A stretch of DNA of 64,000 nt. Origin: Fistulifera solaris. Taxonomy: Eukaryota. The notes beneath the pieces were generated by a model that was not told where the DNA came from, did no database searches, and saw only the letters and a list, made by a program, of their open reading frames with translations. The DNA lies in NCBI GenBank assembly GCA_030295235.1, contig AP026158.1, positions 372,001-436,000 of the forward strand. Reading direction: 5' to 3'. Made by a program: the position numbers and the translations under genes. Positions within the stretch are counted from its first letter, which is position 1. Each line of letters begins with the position of its first letter. Positions 26,461-38,033 of the stretch are shown here, piece by piece.

Positions 26461-27206
26461 TTGCACTCCTCTTTGATATCATTTAGTCTTCTCTGAGATA
26501 CCATGATAGGCATTCAATATTCACGACGTCAATTTGAATACTTATTGTTTTAGCCTTACAGTGTGCCGCAATGGCGGTGACAACTCGTGTCGGGATTTCG
26601 TCCTTTGTTGACGTGTGTCGTGCGTCGCAACGTAATAGGCGGCGAGATTAAGTGCAACGGTCCTACAATTTGGCCCTACAAAGAATACAAGAATAAAAAA
26701 TTGGCGACCACATCGAGCGACTCTGTATATCAAATACGTGCTCCAGGAGAAGATAATAAAACACATGGGAATTAACGGAAACATAATTTGTACTGTTAAA
26801 AACTCTATACCTCCTTTGTGTAGACATTTTTATCAATTCATTTTCTCGTCGGTAGTATACTGTGCTATTTTTTTATTTTGAAATTTTGACTGTGGCATAA
26901 CCAGAAGCTGGGATGCCTGTAGCGAGGTCATTAGCATACATTGCGCCAGAGGGTAAGTCCTTAAGTCCTAATTTTTGGCGAGAAATGGCCCCCCCTCAGA
27001 CTCCCCCCCAATGTCAAAGCGAAAAGTGGAACTTTTCGGATTCGACGAAATTCGTGCCCCCAAATTTACGAACTATATCGAATTCTCCACACATTTTGAG
27101 CTTTCAAGAATGCGATAAAAAGAGTCGTCATCAATAAATAATCCTCCTTTCCATGGGAGCCTTCGGAACAGAAGAAATGCTCTGCTAGCTCTAGTAATAA
27201 AATATC

Positions 27207-28783
27207 TCATCGAAACCGCAACATGTCTTGGTCTTCGACAACATCACACAATTGCGCCGCGTCGGACCAATATTCCTTCCCCGTTCCCATGAACGATTTA
27301 CAGGTACACAACTCCCGCAACTGTTGACGATATTTTAAAGGAATATCCTGGCAAGCATCCATCAAGTGGATGCGAGCCAGATTCAATGCCGTCTGATAGA
27401 TGCGATCGAGTTTGGTCGGATAATACGTCGCCGCCTTACAACGCAGCTGACGGGGTAAATGAGCACAATGACGACACCGAATCCCCACTTGACCCAGTAC
27501 AATGGGTTTGTTGCGTCCTCGTGCCGAAGATGTCGTATCATCTTTGGTGGCCTCGAAATATTCAATGTGCTGTCGCAAAGCGCACTGATATTCCGACACA
27601 AAATCTTCGTCAGATGGCAACGCCAACGGTACCGCCAGATAAGTGCCATCACCCGTTATCGGCTGAATATAATTTGGATCTTCGGTACTATGCTCTACTT
27701 GACGAGGGGTCGGTGGGTCGGAATTTGTTTTCAGCAAGGACTGAAGATATTTCCTGAGACCCAACGGTTCCGAATCCTCTAAATTGGGAAGTTCTGGTGC
27801 TCTGGAAATAAAGTTATCCACAAGATTGTTGAGATGATCTTGTGTCCGTTTCCTTGGATTGTTCCGTGATTTATTCGAAGCGAGACTGTCTCCTAACTTC
27901 GCCGCAGGGTATCCGTTGTCGAGTAGAAACCGCACAAAATTGACATTATCGTTATAATATCCCCCCAAGGCCACCGGGAGACTACTCCGCGAAATATTGT
28001 ATCGCTCAAAGCTTTCAGCGAGCTCTTCGACCGAATCGCAATTGTGGACTTTGAACTGTGACGCCAAACCCGCAATTTGTTGAAGGCCAAATGGCACTAT
28101 ATACTCCCACAGCGTTTGATGTTTTTCGCGAATATACGCCAAGTGCACCTCTTCAATCTTCGGAATGGGAAAGGCCTGTTCAATCAAAATGCGCGTTTCA
28201 TGGTTAACCCGTGTGCGCGCCAAATTGATACTGAATCCTCGAATGAAAACGCGGGGTCCTTTGCCAATTTGCAAGCAGGGATCAATTAGTTTTTGCAAAA
28301 GAAGAATCGCATCCGTATCCTTACACTGTCTTCCACGGTATCTTTTGTCAAGGTTCGATCGTAAATGACAATATTGCCGGTCGTAATCATCATCAATTCG
28401 AGTCCGGACGCCATGTAATTGACATCATCTTCACTCAAGGCACCTTGGCCACTCAAATTCATCGGCAAGAAGGCCCGGTCTCCGAACCATTCTTGTCGTT
28501 TGTTCCAGTACGTCACGAGACGTTCGGCGGCACTCCAGGAATTGTACTGTTCGAATTGCAAAAACTTCAATGGATCTGATTCCGTTTCGACAAGATGGGG
28601 GCATTCACCAAGGGCTCGCTGATAGGAAGCTTTGCGCTCCGGTGCGATGAATTCGAGCACTTCTTGCAAATGAAGCAGGGCCCGTTGTTGTGTCAGCGGA
28701 TCCGGATGAATCATCAACATCATCTTGTCTTCTAAAGTATTGAACGCTGATTTTGGTAAAGGAATCGATTTCTCTGCATACAA
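27207..28783 (-). CDS. Diatom-type protein: CRAL-TRIO-like N-terminal module plus C-terminal GQVGIRCxHC domain; frameshift in T-run near 28297
   Basis: ESDPLKFL...AAERLVTYW..R...FGDRAFLP, then LSEYQ-like VSEYQCALRQHIEYFEA, PIVLGQVGIRCRHC, YYP, H....C..IP, GKEYW. Confidence 0.75.
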
Positions 28784-28971
28784 AGAGGACGAACTAGGAG
28801 GAGTCGTCCTGCGGTGCTATTGGCTTTTTCTTGGCGTTTCTTATTTGTAGGGCGTTTTGCCGCCAAAAGACACTGTTCTCCATTGTAGGATAGAAAAGTG
28901 TAGTAGAGGAACTTGTTCCGCGACGCGGAAATTTCGCCGTCCACAAACCTTGTCTGTCGTTTCTGTTGGGC

Positions 28972-28993
28972 TTAGGGTTAGGGTTAGGGTTAG
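28972..28993 (+). repeat. Interstitial telomere-like repeat (TTAGGG)3-TTAG
   Basis: Direct reading: ttagggttagggttagggttag. Confidence 0.85.
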
Positions 28994-29205
28994 CTTTTTT
29001 CCAACCTTTAGTCGTAGACACCTTTGTCTTTAGCGTTTGCCAGGTGCTTAAAAATCAAATGATTTATAAAAAACAGAGCTAAGTTGCTTGCAACTAACAT
29101 CAATAAACAATAAAAATGTACATCATCATGTAAGTGTTATTCAAAAAGTGTTTCATAAATCTAGACGTGTCAAGTCACAATAACTGCGTTTCCGAGTCGG
29201 TAATG

Positions 29206-29604
29206 TCATTGCCGTATCAGCCGAAGGGCTTTCCGTAAAGGCTTGGGAGAGTCTCGTAGGAGTAGTGTCTTGCTGGTAGGGCACGGGGTGGAACTCCATC
29301 GTGATTCTCTCATGACGATGATATCGTGATCGTCGCCATCTTCGTCTTCCTCTTCCGAGACAGAAATATCAGAATCGCAATCGTTGGGCGTGTTTGTAAA
29401 ATCAATCCAGCAACTGAAAGGACTGATGTGGGACGGCATTCTGCGCTTATACGATGTACCGAGCATTCTTCGGGCACAATGAATGGCCTTGGCGGTTTCG
29501 TGCGTTGGACGCATTCGATGGTCTCGTTTCTCCACATGGGAAGATGGGAACGACAATCGATCCAGGAACATGTTTGTTCGTTCTTTGGATGCAATGGCGT
29601 TCAT
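29206..29604 (-). CDS. Small hypothetical protein with acidic tract and SRW...DSP..P C-terminal motif
   Basis: ATG-started open frame; DISVSEEEDEDGDD, ESRWSS, RDSPKPLRK. Confidence 0.55.
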   Translation of the reverse strand: MNAIASKERTNMFLDRLSFPSSHVEKRDHRMRPTHETAKAIHCARRMLGTSYKRRMPSHISPFSCWIDFTNTPNDCDSDISVSEEEDEDGDDHDIIVMRESRWSSTPCPTSKTLLLRDSPKPLRKALRLIRQ

Positions 29605-30042
29605 GGTTTTATTGGGAGGATAATTTTTTGTGTGTGCATTGCCACCGAAAAGGCCAGCAATCGAACGAGCGAGAGAAACCGAACACTTGCGCCAAGGATC
29701 TTTCGGAATCATTGGTCACTTCGATAGACACAGTACAATGTGTTTTCAGAATCACCAAGGAATGTTGCCCTGCAGTCCAGAGAACGCCCTTTAACTGTTC
29801 CTTCTTTTGAGGCTTTGCCTCTAACAACTATATCAATGACTGTATTTCGGAATCAAAGGTGTTTGGGACCGTTCTTTCATGGTTGATTTAAGGAATTCTG
29901 TTGCCAAGGAATAAGGCATTTCCGAAAAAGAGATCCTAATTTCAGGTCCGTAAGTTAGAACACAATCTAGCATTAATGCCGAGAACAAGTTCCGGAAGTA
30001 GAACCATGGAAATTTTAATGCTAAAAACCGATAAGGAATACG

Positions 30043-30122
30043 GGAAACGGCGTTAAAATTCTGCCTCTTCGTAGACGCTAAGTAGAATCTTGTACTGGAG
30101 GCAGAATTTTAACGTCCTTTCC
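30043..30122. repeat. 80-bp hairpin/mini-MITE (25-bp arms), copy 1
   Basis: ggaaacggcgttaaaattctgcctc ... gaggcagaattttaacgtcctttcc; arms are reverse complements at 23/25 positions. Confidence 0.8.
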
Positions 30123-30541
30123 GGCAATCTTATGATAAATGCTCTCTCTATCACAGATCCCAGTCAATTGAAGCGTTTCGAAGTCCGAATCACGGAGGCA
30201 AAGGGCAATTGCTTGTATCGGACCCAGTCATTGCCCATTGCCCACACCGCCCACACCCCACACCGAAACAGACGATGTACGATGATGTACTACTGTTGAT
30301 TGGCTACAAAGAACTTTGTACTGCAGCGGCGGATAGTGCCGAGTGGCGAACAACAAAACGACTCGCGTCTCGCGTCTCGCGTCTACCTCGAACCTCGAAC
30401 CTCGAACCAAATGGCCGCGTTTCGCCCCAATGTCCAATGTATACCAACTCAATGGTAGCAGACGATAGCACACAGGTTTGCCTGGGAACGGCGTTAAAAT
30501 TCTGCTTCTTCGTAGACGCTACGTAGAATCTTGTACTGGGA

Positions 30542-31059
30542 TGACAAATTCCGGGAGCGCACAGATAGCTCACCCGAAACGAATCTTCAAAACAGGAAGC
30601 TGAGAACGAAAGAAAGCTTGTCTTCAGGAGACAGGATGCGATAGAATAAAGCGAACAAGGAAAGTCGAGGCAAACCAAATTCACTATTGTTATTCATGTG
30701 AGACTGCAAAAAGCGAAGGTAAAATGAAGTCAAGATCTTGTGAACTTGAACCTGATTTTGTCGACGTCGCCATTTACCAAGTACTAAGCCGCCGTAGACT
30801 TTAACATAACTTCCATAGCTCTCGTACCACCTTGTACGTCACGTAGAACAATATACCACACACTACACACACCTCTGCGACGTGTCAAGAGAAGAACTTG
30901 TATTTGTACCCAAACTTCCGATGACGTGGGCGGAAGCAAACTCCAAAAGATACCTGGAGTACCGAATCCACAAACTCACTATCATTCAGACAGTGACTAC
31001 ACTCCGTCCACACTAGAAGTCCCGAATGCTCACGATCCAAAACTAAACACAATTTGTCA
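30542..31059 (-). repeat. 3' LTR
   Basis: Appears identical to 36983-37501 except for one missing C (agcgaac vs agccgaac); preceded on the minus strand by the polypurine tract. Confidence 0.95.
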
Positions 31060-31208
31060 CTCCCCGTCTTCTCGTAGACACGATCTCAAATTTAAATCCG
31101 AACCAATTCCACCAAACTCCATAACTGTTTGCCTCGCTCTGACACATAAACATATAAAACCACTCAGCACAAAATCACACATATGAGCCGACTCCTTGAA
31201 ACCGTAAG

Positions 31209-34200
31209 CTAGTCTCCGATCTCCGAGGTGTCACCCATCCAAAACAGTACTGCCTTTAAACGCGGCCAGATCTGCGAATATCCCCAATGCTTACTGAGAA
31301 TATCGGCCGGGTTCATTTCGCCAGGAATGTGAAGGAAAGCAATCATACCAGATGCAATTGCCTCGCGAACTCGATGAAACGAAAGCATCGTGTGACGCTT
31401 GTGTAGCTTGGCATGAACTTGAGTCGCACTATTGACAACCGATTGGTTGTCACCAAACATATAAGCCTTGTCACGAATAGGAACTCCCAGGTAGCGAAGT
31501 GTGTTTCGGATATCGATGATCTGTTCGACACACGTCCTTGCGGCGACAAATTCGGATCCATAGGTGGCAGTTTCGACGGTAGCTTGCTTCTTGGAATACC
31601 AATCAATCGGCGTCTGATTAAGAAAATGCAGAATGCCAGTCACAGATCTCCCCGTAGCCATGCAATGCATTAAGTTTGCATCGACGTAATGTGTAGAAAC
31701 AACTGGCATACCGAGAGGTTCCGGAGCATCATGGGGAAGAATCTCTTTCACATCACCGTAGACTGACTTGGACCAATCGTACTCGAAATTAGGTAGATCG
31801 GACAGATCCGGAAGTCCTGTACGAAAACGGATGGCGGCGTTCCGCATCTTCGAAATGTATCCGAAGATTCTCTTAACTCGATCCAAATGACCCTTGCGCG
31901 GAGCGGGAACGAAACGCGGACATCGTCATAACAGCAGTCATGATGTCGAAACGTCCGATACTGATTAACCACTGTAACGAACCGATCAAAGACTGGTAGT
32001 CTCGAGTGCTTTTCTCATCCAGAAACTCCGAAGTGTCCAATTCTGGATGATCGCCTTTCTCTAGCGGTGAAGTGACATTCTGTTTCGGCGACTCCCCGTA
32101 CATCCGTTCATAATTCGCAATGATCTTCTCGGTGTATTTCTTGGGAGACATGCAGAGAGTACCATCCTTGTCACGAGTGAAATCCATACCAAGGTGAAAG
32201 CTGACTGGGCCGGTTCCCTTCAACTTGAACCCGTACTGTTTCATAAGCAGGTTGACAAACCCTTGGGGATCCTTCATCGCTAAAGCTAAATCATCGACAT
32301 AGACAGCAACATACTCGTAGACGTCTCCGTTACGTCGTAGCCAAATATAGGGGTCAGCCTTGCATTGTTGAAAACCCAATTCACGCATGACGTCGGCCAA
32401 TCGATCCGCCCATTGCGCGCTACTAGTACGTAGTCCGTAGAGGGCCTTGCTGATAAGGAGAATATGGCCTGCTAATTCTCCGAACTCAGGTCCAGCCTCG
32501 ATGTAGACGCGTTCGGAAGTAAACGCCTCAAGATAGGCATTGCCAATGTCAGTAGCCCAGAGCTTGAGAGAATTAAGCTCAGCAAGAAAAGCAACCAGAC
32601 GGAAACTCCGTAAACTGACGACACCGGAGTAGACAGACTCAGTAGGGATATCGGTTAAATGTCCGTCTGCCACCAGTCGTGCTTTGTGACGTCCGTCATG
32701 CTTGACGTCGAAAACTAAGTGGACACGAATCTTCTTGTACCCTTGAGGAGGCCTCCCAACAGACTTGTGACCTAAGTCCTTGAAGGTCTCGTACTCTTGA
32801 ATTTGTAACAACTCTAGAGCAACTGCCTCTTTCCACTTGGTGTTCTTATTTTTCTCGTCTAAACGCATCGCATGTGCATAGTCTCGGGGAATTTCGAAAC
32901 CATACTTGTAGCGCGGAGCAGTGTTGTAGGAGCGAAGCTTCGCATGGTTCACCAGTCGGGTGAATTTCTTGTGTCTTTTTGCGATGCCTTTGAATCTCTT
33001 CCAACCCTGAACATCCAAGAGGTTATTTTCCTTGGCATATATAGCGCAGGTCACGGGGTCGTCGGAAGCAATAACATTTAGAGGTTCAGCTGTGATCTCC
33101 CCGTTCTCCCATTCGATCAAAACATTGTAGGAAGAGCCTTTGTATTCGGGATCTCCATCGCAAAATGGGCCTTGATGCGAAATGATGCGCTTGAACTTCC
33201 AAACCGGAGCATCCGCGTCTTGATCTAGGTATGCCATGATCTGGGCATAGCTAAAAACTTCTTCGGCCTCGTCTTCACCAACCTTACATACAAACTTGAT
33301 TCGTTCTGGTACTCGTTTGATGGAAGAATCGAAATCGTCGACAAGACGTGCAATCCTTGCGCGGTGTTTCTGCCCATCAGAAGCCACGTCCGTCAGAAAC
33401 GTCGACCAATCAAATCACTGACATCAACAAGTGGTGGCGGAGGAGGCATGGTCGCTGCGTCGTCGGGAGGGCTGAGAGAAAACGGACTGTTCTCGGTGAC
33501 TGAATCGTTACGGGACAGAACGACAGGAGCAGAAGTAGTAGACATCTCCCGGCAGTCCGAGCGCGAAATTAGGGTCGTCAGCAGTGTACGGACGAACGGA
33601 AGAGCGACAAATGACTTTCTGAGTATCAGCGGACAGAATCTTCCAGCAAAGAGCGGGTCCAACATGTTCAGAAATACCAACAATATTTCCAAGCCCTTCG
33701 GAAGAATCAGAAGGGAAGCCATAGTCGTGTTTCAAATACAACACACGTTGCCAAAAATAGAAGCAAGAGAACACTAACATCGGGAGTCGAACCCGTCAGT
33801 GCCAACAACGGAACTGTCTTCAAGGTTTGGTTGTGCGTGTGGTTGAGTAGAAAACACACGTATTGAAGACAAAGAAGCCACGTAGAAGGTGGTGCACCGG
33901 TGCGATCTAAGATGCGATTGGCAGTATTCTTGATCGTTTGGAAACGGCGTTCGGCAGGGTTTTGTTGTTGTTGATGAGGTTCACTTTGCCATGCTCCGAT
34001 GCAAAAAGTACGAAGAACATCTTGAACCGCGTTGCTGATGAGAACTTGGTAGCGGTCACTAAGGAGAGCAGTAGGGGCTCCCCGTTCGCAAATATTGTCT
34101 TCTAAGGTCCGGGAGGAATTGGCTATCGGTTTTGATACCATAAACATCTGTAACCATGGTATCATGACCAACAAAAATGACTGCAGACGTGGACCCATTG

Positions 34201-36933
34201 TCAACAGCCGGGGGTGTTGGCGTAGACAATATCACACGCGACGTCTTCAGAACGGCGATGAACATTCAAAGCAGGATTTGATGACTTGAAGGCGCTTGAG
34301 GAGGGTGCTTCCAGGAAGTGGGAGGCGGCCATACTGGGTGGTATTTTCGAGCGTCTTCTTGATTAAGTCATGGGAAATCCAACCGAAGTAAGGACGAAGT
34401 CGGCCTAGATCTGGGTCTTGACGCTGGATAGTACGTGGGCGTGACTGGTAGAACTGGTCTGGGAGTATCAGCCACGTCGTCAACATCATCACCGTTATCG
34501 TAAGCGCCGAGTTCGTTGTTAAAGACCTCGTAGTGACGGGCAATGGCCTGAAAAGCAGCGAGGTCAATACCGTAAGGTTCGCGCGTACTTCAATGATATT
34601 GTCAGTAGCCAGAAAAGGCGTAGGAGAAGTCAATCGGGTAAAGACAAAGCGATCTTCAATGTCTATACTATCTCCGTGATGATAGTCACCGAATGCATCA
34701 AAGAGTGGACGGGGATCTTCCAACTCTAGTGTATCGCTGATGCGATCGAACCAATCAGCTTGATCATTTGCATGATCAAGTACAGAGGTCCCAGTCAAGA
34801 TTGCTCGTCATAATGACGTGAGGTAGAGAACGCCATTCTTCGTCAGTAAATGGACCGAATAGGAAGGCGAGCGAGTCCCTGTTGAACCTTAAGAGGCACC
34901 ACATACCCATCAAGAGTCACGATGCATTGGCGACCGCCCGTGGATAGACTTGTCGTCAACGAGGTTCTTGAAGTGCTCCAACTGTCCAGAAGCGTGAATG
35001 GTAGGGCCTTTTCCATATAACGCGTACTGGTTGAAAACGGCTATGACCGGTCCGTTTTGCGTCGTACTACGCCCCCAACAGTACCAAGCTCAAGATCAGT
35101 CATCTGATGGTTGTCGATACCTTGGATGTTGACACGCCCGATGGGGAAAGTCCTTGTGGATGACTCGGACGTCACATCCGGCAACCCCACCGTTAGCACC
35201 ACGATCAAGTAGGGAATCTACATGAGACACGTGTTGAAGGGACACGCGATAAATTATCAAAGTGTTGACTTGGCGACTTGTGTTGCTCTGGGAAGAACGC
35301 GAGAAGGCGACGTATATCGTGTGGAGCCATTGTAGAACTAGAGCGAGCGGAGTTCACAAGCACGGTAGATTCGCCATCAGGCTTAGTAGGTTCTTGAGCT
35401 GCATCATGGAACTCTTCAGTAGGTTCCGAAGTGAGAGTATCCTGAGATGCATTAGGGTCAAAGTCATGGAAGTGAACCGAACGACGGAGGTTGGACGGAC
35501 GACCAGACTGTGACGTCGGATTCGAGTCACGGTTAGGTCCAGCGCTGACATCACGTCCGGGAATAGTAAGCAATCCAAGGATGACGGCCTTGTCACGATC
35601 AGCCAAAGTATCCCAAATTTGGCGCGTCAGCACTCAGCTGAAACCAACGGTCGCGCGGCATACCAGCGTCATAGGAGCAGAACCAGGTGAAGGGGAACCA
35701 CGGAACCCAACAGAACGTCTTTCAGTACTGGTAGCATTAATCTGCCAATCAGAAGTAGGAACGTCGGAATCCAGGGCATATCCAGAAAGGTCTAACTCCT
35801 CAGTACCAAACTCATTCAACGAACCGAAGGCCATGGTATCATGGAAGTTAACGGAACTGTTACGAGATTTGCGTTTGGCCTGTTCATCGACTGCAACACA
35901 ACGCCGAAATCAACAGAGAGCAGTACTGATCGAAAGTCAGGTCTTTGCCAGTCTTGGTTAATTCCAAATCGGCACTAGTCTTGACTTGACGAAATTCGGC
36001 AACAGTGCTGACCGCATTCTCAAGTAGAATTCTCTTGTGTTTATCGGGAAGGGGTCACCGGACATTCGCTCGTACTGACGGACTTGATCAATCCAATCAT
36101 GCACGAAGCCTGCAGCAGTACCACCACGATGACCTTCTCCATAACGAACTGAAGTAATGTAAGAAAGAATAGTTGCAGAAGTCATCTGAGCCTTTGTAGA
36201 CTGTAGATGATGACGGCTTCAACGCCGCATAGACCTTCTGAGCATCGTAGGTATCTTCGTAGTCACGAATAAGGGCTTTTCCTTGGTCAGTAAGCACCTT
36301 ACTTTCCAAAACTGCGTAGAGGAACTTCTGCTTTTCATCGAACAACTCCTTTTCTTCCTCAGTAGTAGGGACATAATCCTCATTAAGCACCTCCCTCGAC
36401 ATCCTGAGCACGGGCCTGATTGACAAAAGAAGCGATGCCAGGCGTCATTGTAACTCTCGTCCTTGAGAGTAGGGAAGAGGGAAGGATCACGTTTGATTCC
36501 TCGCTTGAAAAGAGCTGCGAGGGACATTCCTGGCGCACGAGGTGCAACAGGTGGGGGGACGGGGACAACGGGAACCTCGGGATTGCTACGATCGAACACC
36601 CGTTCAGGACTGAGGCGGAACTTCGTTGAAATCGTCTTCGGTGACCGTCAACCAATCTTCAATATGGTCACCAGAGCGGCCACGATGAGCCACATACTCG
36701 AGAAATGCATAGACCAAGGTCTTATCACCACGGGTGACGTGCATGGTTTCCCCTGTATCGTCACGGAACTCAAGACCTCCGATGTCCAAAGGGGCGCTTA
36801 ACTCGAGAAGCAAGTAGATGTCCACGTATCCGGTGGACACCAACGCTCGTTTGAGAGCAGAGTCATCACCACGACCGAGGACATTGTCCATCACGTGGTC
36901 AAAGGCGTACGCGATTGAGCCCGAGAGAATCAT
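31209..36933 (-). CDS. Gag-Pol polyprotein of the copia element, fragmented by many frameshifts
   Basis: Gag FKRGIKRDPSLFPTLKD; integrase SEPHQQQQNPAERR; RT HLVFDVKHDGRHKARLVA, DIGNAYL, YVAVYVDD; RNase H YVDANL, ETATYGSEF, NPADILSK. Confidence 0.9.
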
Positions 36934-36968
36934 GGCGAAGCCGAAAGCGAAAAACTTGAAAGCGAAAC

Positions 36969-36982
36969 TGCGACTGTTAATC
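36969..36982 (-). promoter_or_regulatory. Primer-binding site complementary to the anticodon arm of tRNA-Asn(GUU)
   Basis: Directly abuts the 5' LTR; minus strand GATTAACAGTCGCA is the reverse complement of TGCGA-CTGTTAA-TC, an Asn anticodon stem-loop pattern. No TGG (CCA complement). Confidence 0.7.
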
Positions 36983-37501
36983 TGACAAATTCCGGGAGCG
37001 CACAGATAGCTCACCCGAAACGAATCTTCAAAACAGGAAGCTGAGAACGAAAGAAAGCTTGTCTTCAGGAGACAGGATGCGATAGAATAAAGCCGAACAA
37101 GGAAAGTCGAGGCAAACCAAATTCACTATTGTTATTCATGTGAGACTGCAAAAAGCGAAGGTAAAATGAAGTCAAGATCTTGTGAACTTGAACCTGATTT
37201 TGTCGACGTCGCCATTTACCAAGTACTAAGCCGCCGTAGACTTTAACATAACTTCCATAGCTCTCGTACCACCTTGTACGTCACGTAGAACAATATACCA
37301 CACACTACACACACCTCTGCGACGTGTCAAGAGAAGAACTTGTATTTGTACCCAAACTTCCGATGACGTGGGCGGAAGCAAACTCCAAAAGATACCTGGA
37401 GTACCGAATCCACAAACTCACTATCATTCAGACAGTGACTACACTCCGTCCACACTAGAAGTCCCGAATGCTCACGATCCAAAACTAAACACAATTTGTC
37501 A
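36983..37501 (-). repeat. 5' LTR
   Basis: 519 bp, TG...CA ends with 9-bp inverted termini, direct repeat of 30542-31059. Confidence 0.95.
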
Positions 37502-38033
37502 TGGGAGGCAGAATTTTAGCGTCCTTCCCTGCTAAGCCTACTTCTGGTACGTAGTATTATGGAAGATTTTTTTCAGGCCATGATGCGATTTGCGATTTCA
37601 AGATCTTATCGCTTCGGAACCAATCAATAAAGAAATAAGATCTTTGTGCAATTTCCAATCCGTCCTCCGTTGCCAAAAACAAACATAATGACGAAAATAG
37701 CTCACATAAAGTATGTCACCCGAAAGTTCTGTGACCAATGACCAACGACCAACTCCGAGAAGGAACGGAGAAAAAGGAAAGGTGTACGTACAGTACCGAA
37801 ATAATTACTGAAAAGGGGCAATAGTAAGATACAGTCATTTGTCATTTGTTTCACTGCGGAGTGCGGACGGGGAGGTTTCGTGCGAACGAATGAAGGACAT
37901 ACGTTCAAAATGGGGCACACAAAATCGAATGACTAGAAATAATAATGCTTTCACACAAACGATAAAGATCATCTATCTTGCTTCCCAAAACAACAAGCAC
38001 ACCTGTCAAAGTATTTTGGATCCGTTTCCAATT

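Larger units (their letters stand above)
30542..37501 (-). mobile_element. Full-length Ty1/copia LTR retrotransposon (CoDi-like)
   Basis: Two ~518-bp LTRs with TGACAAATT...AATTTGTCA ends; 5-bp TSD TGGGA (30537-41, 37502-06); gag, protease, integrase, RT, RNase H order; PPT GAGAAGACGGGGAG (31073-31060). Confidence 0.96.
30484..37529. repeat. Copy 2 of the 80-bp hairpin, split by the copia insertion (30484-30541 and 37502-37529)
   Basis: Removing the element and one TGGGA restores gggaacggcgttaaaattctgcttcttcgtagacgctacgtagaatcttgtactgggaggcagaattttagcgtccttccc. Confidence 0.8.

Noticed and set aside
28972..28993. Telomerase RNA template or true chromosome end
   Set aside because: More than three repeats is longer than a typical template, genes continue on both sides, and no supporting structure is recognisable.
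30043..30541. CRISPR-like repeat-spacer array
   Set aside because: Only two 80-bp copies 360 bp apart, eukaryotic context, no cas genes.
36969..36982. A tRNA-Asn gene
   Set aside because: Only the anticodon arm fragment is present, with no acceptor, D or T arms; its position fits a PBS.
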